DNA of 62,633 bases, counting the filler, from Stramenopiles sp. TOSAG23-6 (taxonomy: Eukaryota): NCBI GenBank assembly GCA_900128565.1. It is 16 parts of 16 records of this genome, joined end to end, with 100 filler letters (N's around TTAATTAATTAA, not from the genome) between each part and the next. Parts side by side here need not be neighbours in the genome. Positions count along the whole stretch, not along the records: positions 47,119 to 50,924 come from LT637367.1; positions 51,025 to 54,829 come from LT637368.1; positions 54,930 to 58,732 come from LT637369.1; positions 58,833 to 62,633 come from LT637370.1; 12 more parts are not named here. One strand, given 5' to 3'. Numbering within the stretch: the first letter of the stretch is position 1; each line of letters opens with the position of its first letter. Made by a program: the position numbers and the translations under genes. The notes under the pieces were generated by a model that saw only the letters and a program-made list of their open reading frames with translations, was not told the origin of the DNA and did no database searches. Below, one piece after another: positions 49,397 through 60,492 of this stretch.

Positions 49397-50814
49397 GTTG
49401 TTGCTGTAATGAGTTTCTTAACTAGATGCCAATGCCCTCGTGAACAATATGAAATACTTTCCGTGATTCTGAAAACAATTCATCCCAATAACCCTAACCC
49501 TAGTGTACGTTTCGTTTTTTCCATACGAATTTTTATAATTTTTATAATTTTTTTTTTTTTTTTATTTTTTTTAAAATTTTTTTTTTTAATTTATTTTTTT
49601 TTATTGTCAGAAAATTTCGTACCTCACAACAAATTTATAATCATCAGAGCTTTTGAAATATTTTCCTACAATACAAAATAATAAACAAAATAATACTCAA
49701 AAACAAAAAATGTCTACGCCTAATTTAAGTGATTCATCTATATGCAATCATAAACTACTTCGACTATGTAAAAGTTTAGTTGGTGTGATTTGTACAATTC
49801 AAGATAAGCAAACTCATGCACGTTTTCAAAATTGAATTTCAAATTTATCTTTTTTTTTTTATAGTAAATTCTGTACCTAACGAATTTTGACTACATTTTT
49901 TTTTTCACAATATAGGAGAGAATTCAAATGGATGAAATGAATATTCGAAATAGATTGTCTTCAATGGATCTTTTATTTTCTTCTCAACCTGTGCAAATAC
50001 GTGATTCTAACCCTAACCCTACGTCTCTTTATAATAAAAACGACTCAAATATGAAAAATAATAATTCAAAAATGAAATATGATTTACATATATCAAGTAA
50101 TATATTACATGTGAAAAATAATTCAAATAATTCAACTGATACGTCTACTATAAAGAATAATGTATGTTTTATTTTTTTTTATTTACCGAAAAAAAAAAAT
50201 CGATTTTTTTTTTTTTTTTCATAGTAAATTTCATACCTAACAAATCTTTAATTTTTTTTTTTGAAATATTTTTACAAAATACATGTAAGTGGTATCGACA
50301 TTTTACTGTTTTTATTGAAATCACCTGCTGCAGAAGTTAGACATATGTATGTTTTATTTTTTTTTTTTTGTATGAATTTTTTTTTTTTGGTTTCGTACGA
50401 AATTTTGTACCTAACAATTTTTTTAGAATTTTTTTTGAAATATTTTTTCACAATACATGAAAAGTCTTAAACAATCCAAAGAATTAAGTCTTGCATTACT
50501 TAAAAAGAAACAAAATGATGATGCAATATCAAGTGGCCATACTACAGAAGGTTTTGAAAAAGCAAAAGAAGGGTTGCAGAAACAAGTTGAAAAACTTCAA
50601 CAAGAAAATAATAAAAGAGAGGCTGCAGATTTTCAAAAATTACAAAAGTCTCAAGAAATGTTAAAAAATGAATTACAAACACGAAATCAAATTCTGGGAC
50701 AACTACATCAATTATCTGCATCATTAAACAAATTACATTATAGACAAGCAGCAAAAGAAGTAAGCTGGACATTGTCTAAAGGTGAGCATCATTTTACAGA
50801 AGGAGAGGATCCAT
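49397..50814 (+). CDS. Exons of one or two unrelated soluble proteins (possibly BEACH-protein-like and coiled-coil)
   Basis: Short in-frame exons separated by family introns 49505-49676, 49818-49915, 50162-50284, 50347-50458; not transporter-like. Confidence 0.45.
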
Positions 50815-50818
50815 GTAC

Positions 50819-50861
<43 letters not shown>

Positions 50862-50871
50862 AATTTTTTCC

Positions 50872-50920
<49 letters not shown>

Positions 50921-51024
50921 TTTTNNNNNNNNNNNNNNNNNNNNNNNNNNNNNNNNNNNNNNNNNNNNTTAATTAATTAANNNNNNNNNNNNNNNNNNNN
51001 NNNNNNNNNNNNNNNNNNNNNNNN

Positions 51025-52138
51025 CATGAAAAAGATGGTCACGATCATAAACATGAAAAAGATGGTCACGATCATAAACATGAAAAAGATGGTCACGATC
51101 ATAAACATGAAAAAGATGGTCACGATCATAAACATGATCATAAAAAATCGGAGAGTCATTCCCATACAACTCATAAGCACAAACATCATAAGCATGTCCA
51201 ACGGCATGATGCGTTAGTAACGTCTGTTGGATTCGTTGAAGAAGGTAAACTTGATTTTGACGTGTTAAATCATTGGATCACTGAATTTTTACTTTTAAAT
51301 GGAATAGAAAAAATATTTCGTTTAAAAGGATGTTTAGATATTGAAGGTGAAGATAACGTGTTTGTGTTACAAGGCGTTCACCAAGTATGGAATATGTCTC
51401 CATTCGGTAAATGGCCTGAGAATACAAAACGAAAGAGTAAAATTATTTTTATAGGTAAAGGTCTTGATAAAGAAGAAATAAAACTTGGTTTCAAAGGTTG
51501 TGTAATTGGCACTGATGAGCACAAAATTGCTCGTGAACAGCTGGAAGAATTGTGGGACAATGAAGAAGAGGAAAGACAACGTCAATTGAAATTTGATCAA
51601 GAAAATACAGAATATGACGTCACTATTCATAATGGACAAAATGGGTTAGGTTTACTCCTAAAACAAGAAGTTAGTGTCCAAGGATTCCCTGAAGTTCGTG
51701 TTGCTGGTTTTCGTCCACTCGCCAAAGGCCTTGTCAATAATGTACGTTTAATTTTTTTGAAAATTCTAATTTTTTTTTATAGTAAATTTTGTACCTAACA
51801 TTTTTTTTAGATTTTTTTTGAAATATTTTTCCAAAATACATGCTCGTATGTCAAACAAAATTGCACCAGGAGATATTCTTATTGCAATCAATGGATCATC
51901 TGTACGTGGGCTTCCACTTATTCCAAATGTTGTATCTTTATTAAGACAATTTCCTCGTGGTGAAGGTTCCATGGGTGCGATGATCACACTTACGTTTCGT
52001 ATGGGTGATTCCAATTATATGCCATTAGCTCAAGTGCAAGGCTTAAATAATGTCCCAAACCCTAACCCTAATAATAAACGAAATCGGGTAGAAAATGATG
52101 CTGCTCCAGCACCTAAAAGACAGCGTAGTGCTGCGTAA
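51025..52138 (+). CDS. CobW/COG0523 C-terminal domain + PDZ, with His-rich 27-bp repeats; GT-AT intron 51742-51841; 5' partial
   Basis: IFRLKG.L, FVLQGVH, SKIIFIGKGLD; GLGL..., KIAPGDILIAING. Confidence 0.85.
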
Positions 52139-52493
52139 AACATATTATAAAGTTGTGAATGGGTGTTTCGCTTTATTTGTCTTAAAGATTTCGAGTTGCA
52201 CCTAAAGTTACAAAATTTAAGTTATAGTGTATAAGATTTGTGAATGTGTTCATTATAAGAAATAAGAAATGTGTGTATGTGATTTTTTGAGAGTACGAGT
52301 AATTTTATTTCAATGTTTTATTACAAAGAAATGAATAAAAAATACTTTTACTACTTTCATAATGTTTTCGTGTTTATATAATATTTACTGAAATACTATT
52401 GCAGGCACCGATGATAATATATAGGTCATTATTGCAGGCACCGATGATAATATATAGTAGGTCATTTTCATCTAAACCAATACCTACAGTGAT

Positions 52494-53728
52494 TCAGTAA
52501 TTTATAAAAGTACGAAATTCATTAGCTCCCTTCCACCCTCGTTCCTTCTGTAACGATTTCGCAATAAAAGTTCCATGCTTTACCGATCCAGTTTTTGACT
52601 CCATATTAATATGTTTCCTAGGTATATCTAATGCAGCCATAAAATGCATATTTTCTTCTTCATCAGCAGATAAAGATCGACGAAGTCTCCCATTATTGAC
52701 TTTTGAAGCACATTTTGAGAGAAACTCGTGCATATTTTCATAATCTTGAGCTGTGAAGTCTGAATTGTTCGTATTTAAATTCTCTTCTAAAATATCTTTC
52801 TCGTAATTCATATATTTTTTTTGTCTATCTTCCAAAAGTGATTGACATCGAATATCTTCAAATGTTTCTCGTGTTAATGTCGTAGGTGAATTCGTAGAAC
52901 GACGATATCTTGCCCAAGGGACATCAAATTCTTTCATGTTCTTATAGTCAACTTCAGAAAATGCTTCCAATGCATCACGTTCATCCTCTTCGGCATCCGT
53001 ATCGTATAATATATTTTCTTCTGAAAGTTTTCTCTCTAACACGGCCATTGTTTTAAGATCTACCATATTTTCTTCGGATAACGTACGCGGTCGGTCAGTT
53101 TTACTTGCCCATGGAACATCCCATTCACTCATATTGATGAATTGTGAAAAATACTCAAAACGTTTTGTTGTTAGGTACGGAATTTCACACTTAAAAAAAA
53201 ATATAATTATATAATGAAAACGAACACGTAATCATTAGGATAGAATGCTTCTTTAGTGTCATGCTCATCTTCAAAGTTAGCATAAATATCAGTACCAATG
53301 TCTAGTTGTTCCTTTGCCAACTCATTTGCTGCTTCTGTCTTATAATAATCGTCTTCGTCGTCACTTTCAAAAACACGAAATAGAGACATGCGTTTGAAGT
53401 CGTCATAATCTTCTTGAGATATTGTCCGTGGACGTTTAGAGACTTTTAAGTCAAACTCATTCATATTTGTATAATCACGCCATGTGAATTTTTCTCCGAT
53501 ATCCTGTGTAGCTTCCTCATCATCACTATCATATAATTCACCGTACTTTTCAGATATCTTTCGCTCTAAAGTGGCCATTCGAACCAAATCGGCATTTTTC
53601 TCTACTGATAATGTACTGGGTCTTCTCTTCGCTCGCGAATCAGGTGCCCACGGTACATCAAACTCATCCATATTGACATAATCTTTCTTTGTCATGTCAG
53701 GTTGAGACTGAAATAATGAAGCCGTCAT
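52494..53728 (-). CDS. Unknown repeat protein (5 DYxNMxEF(DVPWA) units); GT-AT intron 53137-53225
   Basis: Splicing restores DYVNMSEWDVPWA, matching the first repeat DYVNMDEFDVPWA. Confidence 0.8.
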
Positions 53729-54117
53729 GATAAATGTGTCTCAAAAGAATAATACCAGTACGAAAAAGGTTCTTCTTCTCGGTGTCTCTCTTGAAGGCAT
53801 CGTCTTTTTTGATCTAGATCCATCAAGATATAGATTTGACAGCAATAGTATTGTACGAAAAATTCGTACCAAAAATGACCTTTTGGTTTGTAGCAATATT
53901 TCGTACCTAATGTTTAAGTATCAAAATTTCATACGAATCCAATGCGCAAAAAAAATGTTCGTAGTGTATTAAAGTAGTCATTCATAATCTTGGATAATTG
54001 TTGTATTAAAATAGTCTTTCATATAATCTTGGATATTATAAGATGATTAAATGAAGTTTTTAAACTTTTTATTTTGTGATTAAAAATGAAAATGTTTAGT
54101 AGGGTTAGGGTTGAAAT

Positions 54118-54721
54118 TTATATAGAACCATATGTACTAGTAGATATTTCGTGATTTCTTATTGTACTGTATTTTGTCTTCAAGAACTTCACATCGATTT
54201 CTACGGCTTTAAGTAGTAAATCTTCATACGAAATTGTTTGATCGGTACAAAGATTCGTCTCTGAAGTCTCTATTGGTTTATATTTCGTATCATATTTTGA
54301 TACTTGAATGAATAAATTGGCCAATTTCAAGAATAAACGTTGACAATAATTTTTTGGATTTTTTGGATTTTTTGATGTTTCACTTTTTTCTAATCTTGAT
54401 AAATTTGATTGTTCTTTGACTTTGTATATAAAATACAATACAAAAAATGAAAATCCTAAAAGTATCAACATGACACGAAATTGACCACTTGAACCTCGCA
54501 TTCCAAAAAATCCAAGCATTAGACTTTGATACAAAAATAAAATAAATAAAACAATATGCTGAGCTTGGTAACGAACTGAGGTTGATGACTTGACAGGTGC
54601 TCTCCAGACATATAATAAATTATATTTATCTATGAAATGTTTGTATACAACAAAAAGTAGTCCACAAGGCATAATAAAAGGTACAGTTGTGGAAAACACA
54701 ATACAAATGGCTAAAACTTCC
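54118..54721 (-). CDS. OSCA/TMEM63 (CSC1-like) channel, last exon
   Basis: FSTTVPFIMPCGLLF..YKHFIDKYNLLYV. Confidence 0.8.
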
Positions 54722-54929
54722 AAATATTCAAAAAAAATATTTAAAAAAAAAAATCGTTAGGTACAAAATTTACTATACAAAAAAAAAAAAAAAAAAAAAA
54801 TTCATAAAAAAAAAAAAAAAAACGTCCAANNNNNNNNNNNNNNNNNNNNNNNNNNNNNNNNNNNNNNNNNNNNTTAATTAATTAANNNNNNNNNNNNNNN
54901 NNNNNNNNNNNNNNNNNNNNNNNNNNNNN

Positions 54930-57900
54930 ATGTATTTTGGAAAAATATTTGAAAAAAAATCTTAAAAAATTTGTTAGGTACAAAATTTTTTTACCAAAAA
55001 AAAAAAAAAATAAAACATACATGCAAATGAAACAAAATATGTAAACGGCGGGATCGCAAATCCATATAATATAAATACTAAAATCACAGATTGAAGACTT
55101 TTGTCACTCGTTCTAACATATGCATCCATTTCAAATAAAAGTAGAATAATCAAACTTAAAATAAAAGGTAAGAGAAAAATACAAAAATCCCAAATGTAAT
55201 TGGATAACCAATATGTATATACATTAATTCCAGAAACAAGTTGTAAATGTTTTGATTTTTGTTGCCTCTCTCGAACGATATGAACACAAAATTGCGCAGG
55301 GACAAATGCAAAGCCGAGAGAGATAAAAATTGAAGCAAATAAACCTTGAATTCCTCCAATGATTTATTTTGGAAAAATATTTCAAAAATTTTCTAAAAAA
55401 AAATTGTTAGGTACAAAATTTTTTTACCAAAAAAAAAAAAAATCGATTTTTTTGTTAAAAAAAAAAAAATAAAACATACATTGTTTGTTCGGGTAAAGTT
55501 AGAGGAAGAGGGTAATTGTTGACACGTATCATTGGTATTTCATCTTTGCTATGACTCAATTTCGTTGCGGATATCCAACGCAATACTGAATTAGATAATG
55601 TATTCAATGCAAGTGGGGCTCCATGTATTGCAGTGTAATTATGTATTAGTGTTGCTCTAGTTACAGATATTATACTTGTTTGATTATTTTTAAATCCTGT
55701 ATTTGACAAAATTCGTGATGCAAATTCTTTTGAATTGATTTCAGCATCAGGTAACCAAAGTCCAATATATCTAGAACTAGCCTGATTATTTCTAGATGCT
55801 TCAAAATAATCAACAATATTCTGTAATCGATTTTTTTCAGTTATATTATTTCGTTGTGTATCAAATGGTGGGAGGAAGGAGGTGACATCAATAGGTTCAA
55901 GACGTTCTTTTTCCAGAGATTTTGAAGATAAAAAACCAAACCCTTTCAAATGTTTTACTAATAAAGATATTGTACTAGATGTTGATGAACTACAAGAAAC
56001 ACCATCACCAACATAATCATCAATACATTTACATTGATTTTCTTTTTGTTTTTCCATAGATGAGTCACAATTGGCTAATACACTACAAAATCCCATGCCA
56101 CACTTTTTTCCAGAATGTCCAACGTTATCACGATAATTAAGAGCTCCCATATCTTTTGTATCAGGAATATGAGGAAGTTGAGGAAAAAGACCACTTTTTG
56201 ATAAGACACTTTCCCAATCAAATGGAATATTATTCATGAATGATTGAAATAAATCCAATTCTGATTTTGCTGAAATTGCTACTTGATCGTTATACGATAA
56301 TCTTTTTTCATATCTAAATCTACTTTCCGAAATAAAAGGTACAATATTTCTCATATCTCTCTGCCCTGAATTCATAAATTCCATGGTAATAGGTATAGAA
56401 TGTATTGTAGAAAAATATTTCAAAAAAAAATCTAAATTTTTTTGTTTTTTTTGTTAGGTACAAAATTTTTATAAAAAAAAAAAATCCATAGTAAAAAAAA
56501 AAAAAAAAAAAAACATACATGCGACTGTGGGGAAGGAGATGTTATCAATGCAATCATAGCTAGTAATACAAACAATGCGGGTAGTAACGCTGTAGTTGAG
56601 ATAGCTCTATAATCGCGAATGAAATAAATAATTCTTTTATGAAGTAAAGCTTTCAGATTTGAACTAAACGTCGTCGGTTTCGTTGGAACAGAACCTCCAT
56701 ACGATACACAATTATTTGAAGTAGTAGAACTCTGTGACATGTCTGTCGTGTTTAGAATAGTTTTCGACTGTGGAATGTGTTTGTGTAAAACAGTAGTGAT
56801 ATCATCATCATTATCATCATATGGATCATTATCATATAGATCATTATTATTAAACAGTAATGAAATGGCTGATGCTTTTGCTACCTCCGAAGATATTGAT
56901 GCAGATATATTTTCTTTTGGTTGATGTCGATTCGATTTTGTATTTTTTGTATTTTTTGTATTTATGTTTTGATTTGATTTTGTATTTGTATTTATGTTTC
57001 GAGTAGACTTTGGATTTATTTTGTTTTTTGTATTTTTTGTATTTGTATTTATGTTTCGAGTAGACTTTGGATTTATTTTGTTTTTTTCCGACGTACATCT
57101 AGAATGATCTATATTACTTTTTTTTTTTTTTTTTTGTACCAAATTCCGTACCTAAATGACCACACGTCATTGTATGGTTAATATTTCCACTATTTCCAAC
57201 TTTTAAAAATACTTCTTCTAATGTAGTTACAGATAATCCAAAATTTAAAATTCCTAATTTGTCTTTTTTTGTATTTATTTCCATTAATAATTCCTCAAAA
57301 CAATTTGAGAATTCAAATGGGAGATGAAAACTAATTTCAGCACCAATATTTGATAATAATGAAGCCTCTGGGCAATACGTATAAATCAAATCGCTAATCA
57401 TTGATGTTTTGGTTTCATCATTTCCATCATTTCCATCATTTTCATCATTTCCATCATTATAATGAGTAATACTAGTACAATCATGATCAATATTTTTTAT
57501 TTGTAGTGATTTTTCAAAAAATATTTGATACCCACAGCCATACATTTTTTTCAAAAATAATGAAGAACCAACACAACTTAATTGTCCATCAGACATGATC
57601 GCAATACGATCTCCCAACAAATCAGCTTCATCTAAAAAATGAGTTGTCAAAACAATGACTTTGCCTTGGCGATGTTTTTTTATCACAAGTATTGTGAAAA
57701 AATATTTTTATTTTTTTTTATTTTTTTTGTTAGGTACAAAATTTACTACGAAAAAAAAAAATTCATACAAAAAAAAATAAAACATACATCCCACGTAAAA
57801 CGTCTCGAATATGGATCCATCCCGCTTGTTGGTTCATCAAGTATAACCACTTTTGAATCGCCTAGTAATGCATGTATTTTGAAAAAATATTTAAAAAAAA

Positions 57901-58732
57901 AACCCTAAAATTTGTTAGGTACAAAATTTTCAAAAAAAAAATTTCGAATTTGAAAAAAAATGTTAGGTACAAAATTTCGTACGAAAAAAATTTCGATTTT
58001 TTTGTTAAAAAAAAAATTAAAACATACAATAGCTAAAGAAAGTTTTCGTTTCATTCCACCAGATAAATTATTTATATACGAATTTGTTTTAGCAGTTAAA
58101 CCAACTTCTGCTAATATTGTTGTACATGCTTCATTGAGTATTGATGCGTCATCTGAGATGTTTTTTAATACTGCAAAAATTTGTAAATGTTCCATGTATT
58201 TTGGAAAAATATTTGAAAAAAAAAAACGTTAGGTACAAAATTTCGTACGAAAAAAAAATCATACAAAAAAAATTAAAACATACATACAAGTAAGATCTGG
58301 CCATAAAACATTATTTTGAGGACAATAACCAATATTTTTTCGAATGTGTTTCATATCATCTAATACATCGGTACCTAACATTAAAACTTCACCTAGAGTT
58401 GGCGGGAAAATTCCTGTCAAAATATTTAATGTTGTTGATTTTCCTGCGCCATTATGACCTAATAAAGCAGTGATTTGTCCTTCATACATTTTGAGATTGA
58501 GATTATTTACAGCTGTTTTTGTTCCATTTGTCGTATCAAATTCCTTGACAAGATTTTTAATTTGTATACATCGATCTTGTCTCGCTAACTGAACTAAATC
58601 ATTTCCAACAGACTCTTCTACTGTTTTATATATATGTATTTTGGAAAAATATTTAAAAAAAAATTTGAAATTTTTTTGTTAGGTACAAAATTTCGTATGA
58701 AAAAAATATTTTGGAAAAATATTTAAAAAAAA
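54930..58732 (-). CDS. ABC transporter subfamily A, internal fragment; introns 58194-58283, 57872-58027, 57687-57787, 56400-56518, 55362-55479, 54930-55020
   Basis: [70 protein letters not shown]. Confidence 0.93.
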
Positions 58733-58832
58733 NNNNNNNNNNNNNNNNNNNNNNNNNNNNNNNNNNNNNNNNNNNNTTAATTAATTAANNNNNNNNNNNN
58801 NNNNNNNNNNNNNNNNNNNNNNNNNNNNNNNN

Positions 58833-59267
58833 AGCAGTACATGCTTTTGGTTCATTAGAATCAAGATAATAACCTTGCATTGGTTTATTACATGTTTTTG
58901 TACCAGTCTTTGCACTGCATTCATAGCATTTCGTCTTGCCATCTCCGCAATCTGGGCACGCTACTTTCGCATTAGTCGCTTTATCATAAAACTGTCCTGG
59001 TGCGCATTTAAGGTCCTTATGTGCGCCACTTGTTGCAGCAACGAGATCAATTGATGATGCAAGAACAGTTGTCTTTCCAGATTCCATTGTGCATGTAAGA
59101 ACAGCGCCAGTTGCAGCGCCAGTAATAGGAGAACTACAGTCAAGACAACCTTTGGTGTCAGCAGCTTTTGGGATTGTACCAGCACCGCATGCTTTGCATC
59201 CCGAAGGACTTACAGCTGCGACAATGGCAACATTTGCGAGGTACGCGAGAACAATTAAGAGCTTCAT
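58833..59267 (-). CDS. Secreted Cys-rich (CxxC/furin-like repeat) surface protein, partial
   Basis: Signal MKLLIVLAYLANVAIVAA; CKAC, CLDC, CPDC, CYEC, GYY. Confidence 0.75.
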
Positions 59268-59861
59268 TTCTCTGAATGAAATATGTTTTCTACGACACTT
59301 TCTCTGCAGCGGTGGAATATTAAACAAACAAGAAAGTATTTGTTTACACGAATTCTTTACGAAATTTAGAACAAAAAAATGATATAAAGAATTGTTTACA
59401 CGAAAACCATCACAAAAAGAAACAAAAGATATATTTTACACGAAATCATTAAATATGTTATTTTCGAAAATGGAATTTAAATTGAGGCTAAATTGACAAA
59501 AAACAAAGATCAAACTTTCTAAAAAATTTTGTTTAGCTGTGTGTTCGACAAGCATAACGTGCTCTTGTTATAATAGGAAAGAGCCCGTGGTGCTTCTCAA
59601 ACACCCCCTGTTCTTTTTTATTTATTTTGAGTCTGAAGCCGGATTTATTTCAAATAAATAGAAATATTTTTTGTTTTGAAGTTTAAAATGCTATAGAAAA
59701 AGAAAGAAAAATTTTGAAAATGTTTTTGTTTTATATACAATTATTTGTGCAAAATATGATTTGTATTCAATTCCTATGAGATACAAATGTTTTTTGTTGA
59801 TTTCGTTTTGCTTTGTATGAAATATTGAGATGAGTGAATTGTGGTGGCATTGGCAAAGTTG

Positions 59862-60316
59862 CTAGCCATGCTGCGTTTGCATTAGTTCTGTCGGGTAGTG
59901 ACAATCTAAATGCGCATGCTCAGCACCTTTACGTAGCATTGTCACGTCTCCGACACTGTCTTCAGCGTTTGATAAATTTTCGTTTAACAATTTTGCCAAT
60001 TCTTTTACGTTTCCTGGAACATCTCCGTCTTTTGTAAACCAAAATAGCACAGCTCCGCCATCTTCTAGCATGCCATTTGGTTTTACCTCACGTAAAATTT
60101 CTTCTTTGCAATTTGTTATTTCAAGTATATCGTTAAAATCATACAATGTTTGATACTTAGGAGGTTCCGTTCCATCTTCATTGACTTTTGTAAAACAAAG
60201 CATGTCAACTTTTCGCGTTGGTATGAATGTCCCTTCTTTGCATTTTGGAGGATGTTGTGTGCATCCTTTTCTTGATAAAATCTTACTTTGTTTTTCTGTT
60301 CAAATAGAAAGTACAA
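59862..60316 (-). CDS. Possible small or frameshifted hypothetical gene
   Basis: Two overlapping short ORFs with protein-like composition; no motif. Confidence 0.3.
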
Positions 60317-60492
60317 ACAAACAACACAGAAGAACGATTCAAAGAGTCAGCAAAAGTGTGACGAAAAAAGAGCCAGCAACAGTGTACGAAAAAAAGAAAA
60401 TTAACTACGAAAATTTGTACCAAAATTTATCAAAAGAATCCTATAATCACTCCAGGAACACCACCCGTAACCTGGGGTGTGATATATACATA

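Larger units (their letters stand above)
3841..58832. other. 15 artificial contig linkers (N44-TTAATTAATTAA-N44) at 3841, 7778, 11714, 15650, 19584, 23514, 27439, 31362, 35284, 39201, 43111, 47019, 50925, 54830, 58733
   Basis: Identical 100-nt spacers carrying stops in all six frames; contig lengths decrease steadily (~3.84 to ~3.80 kb), so contigs were size-sorted and concatenated. Confidence 0.98.

Noticed and set aside
52397-52468. ~32-bp direct duplication between convergent genes
   Set aside because: Two-copy local slippage with no further structure
57114-57142. Frameshift in ABCA
   Set aside because: Lies in a ~19-nt homopolymer; length error likely
7908-58232. Recurrent peptides [28 protein letters not shown] in many short ORFs
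   Set aside because: Translations of the intron family blocks, not a protein domain (the antisense exonic copies are reported separately)
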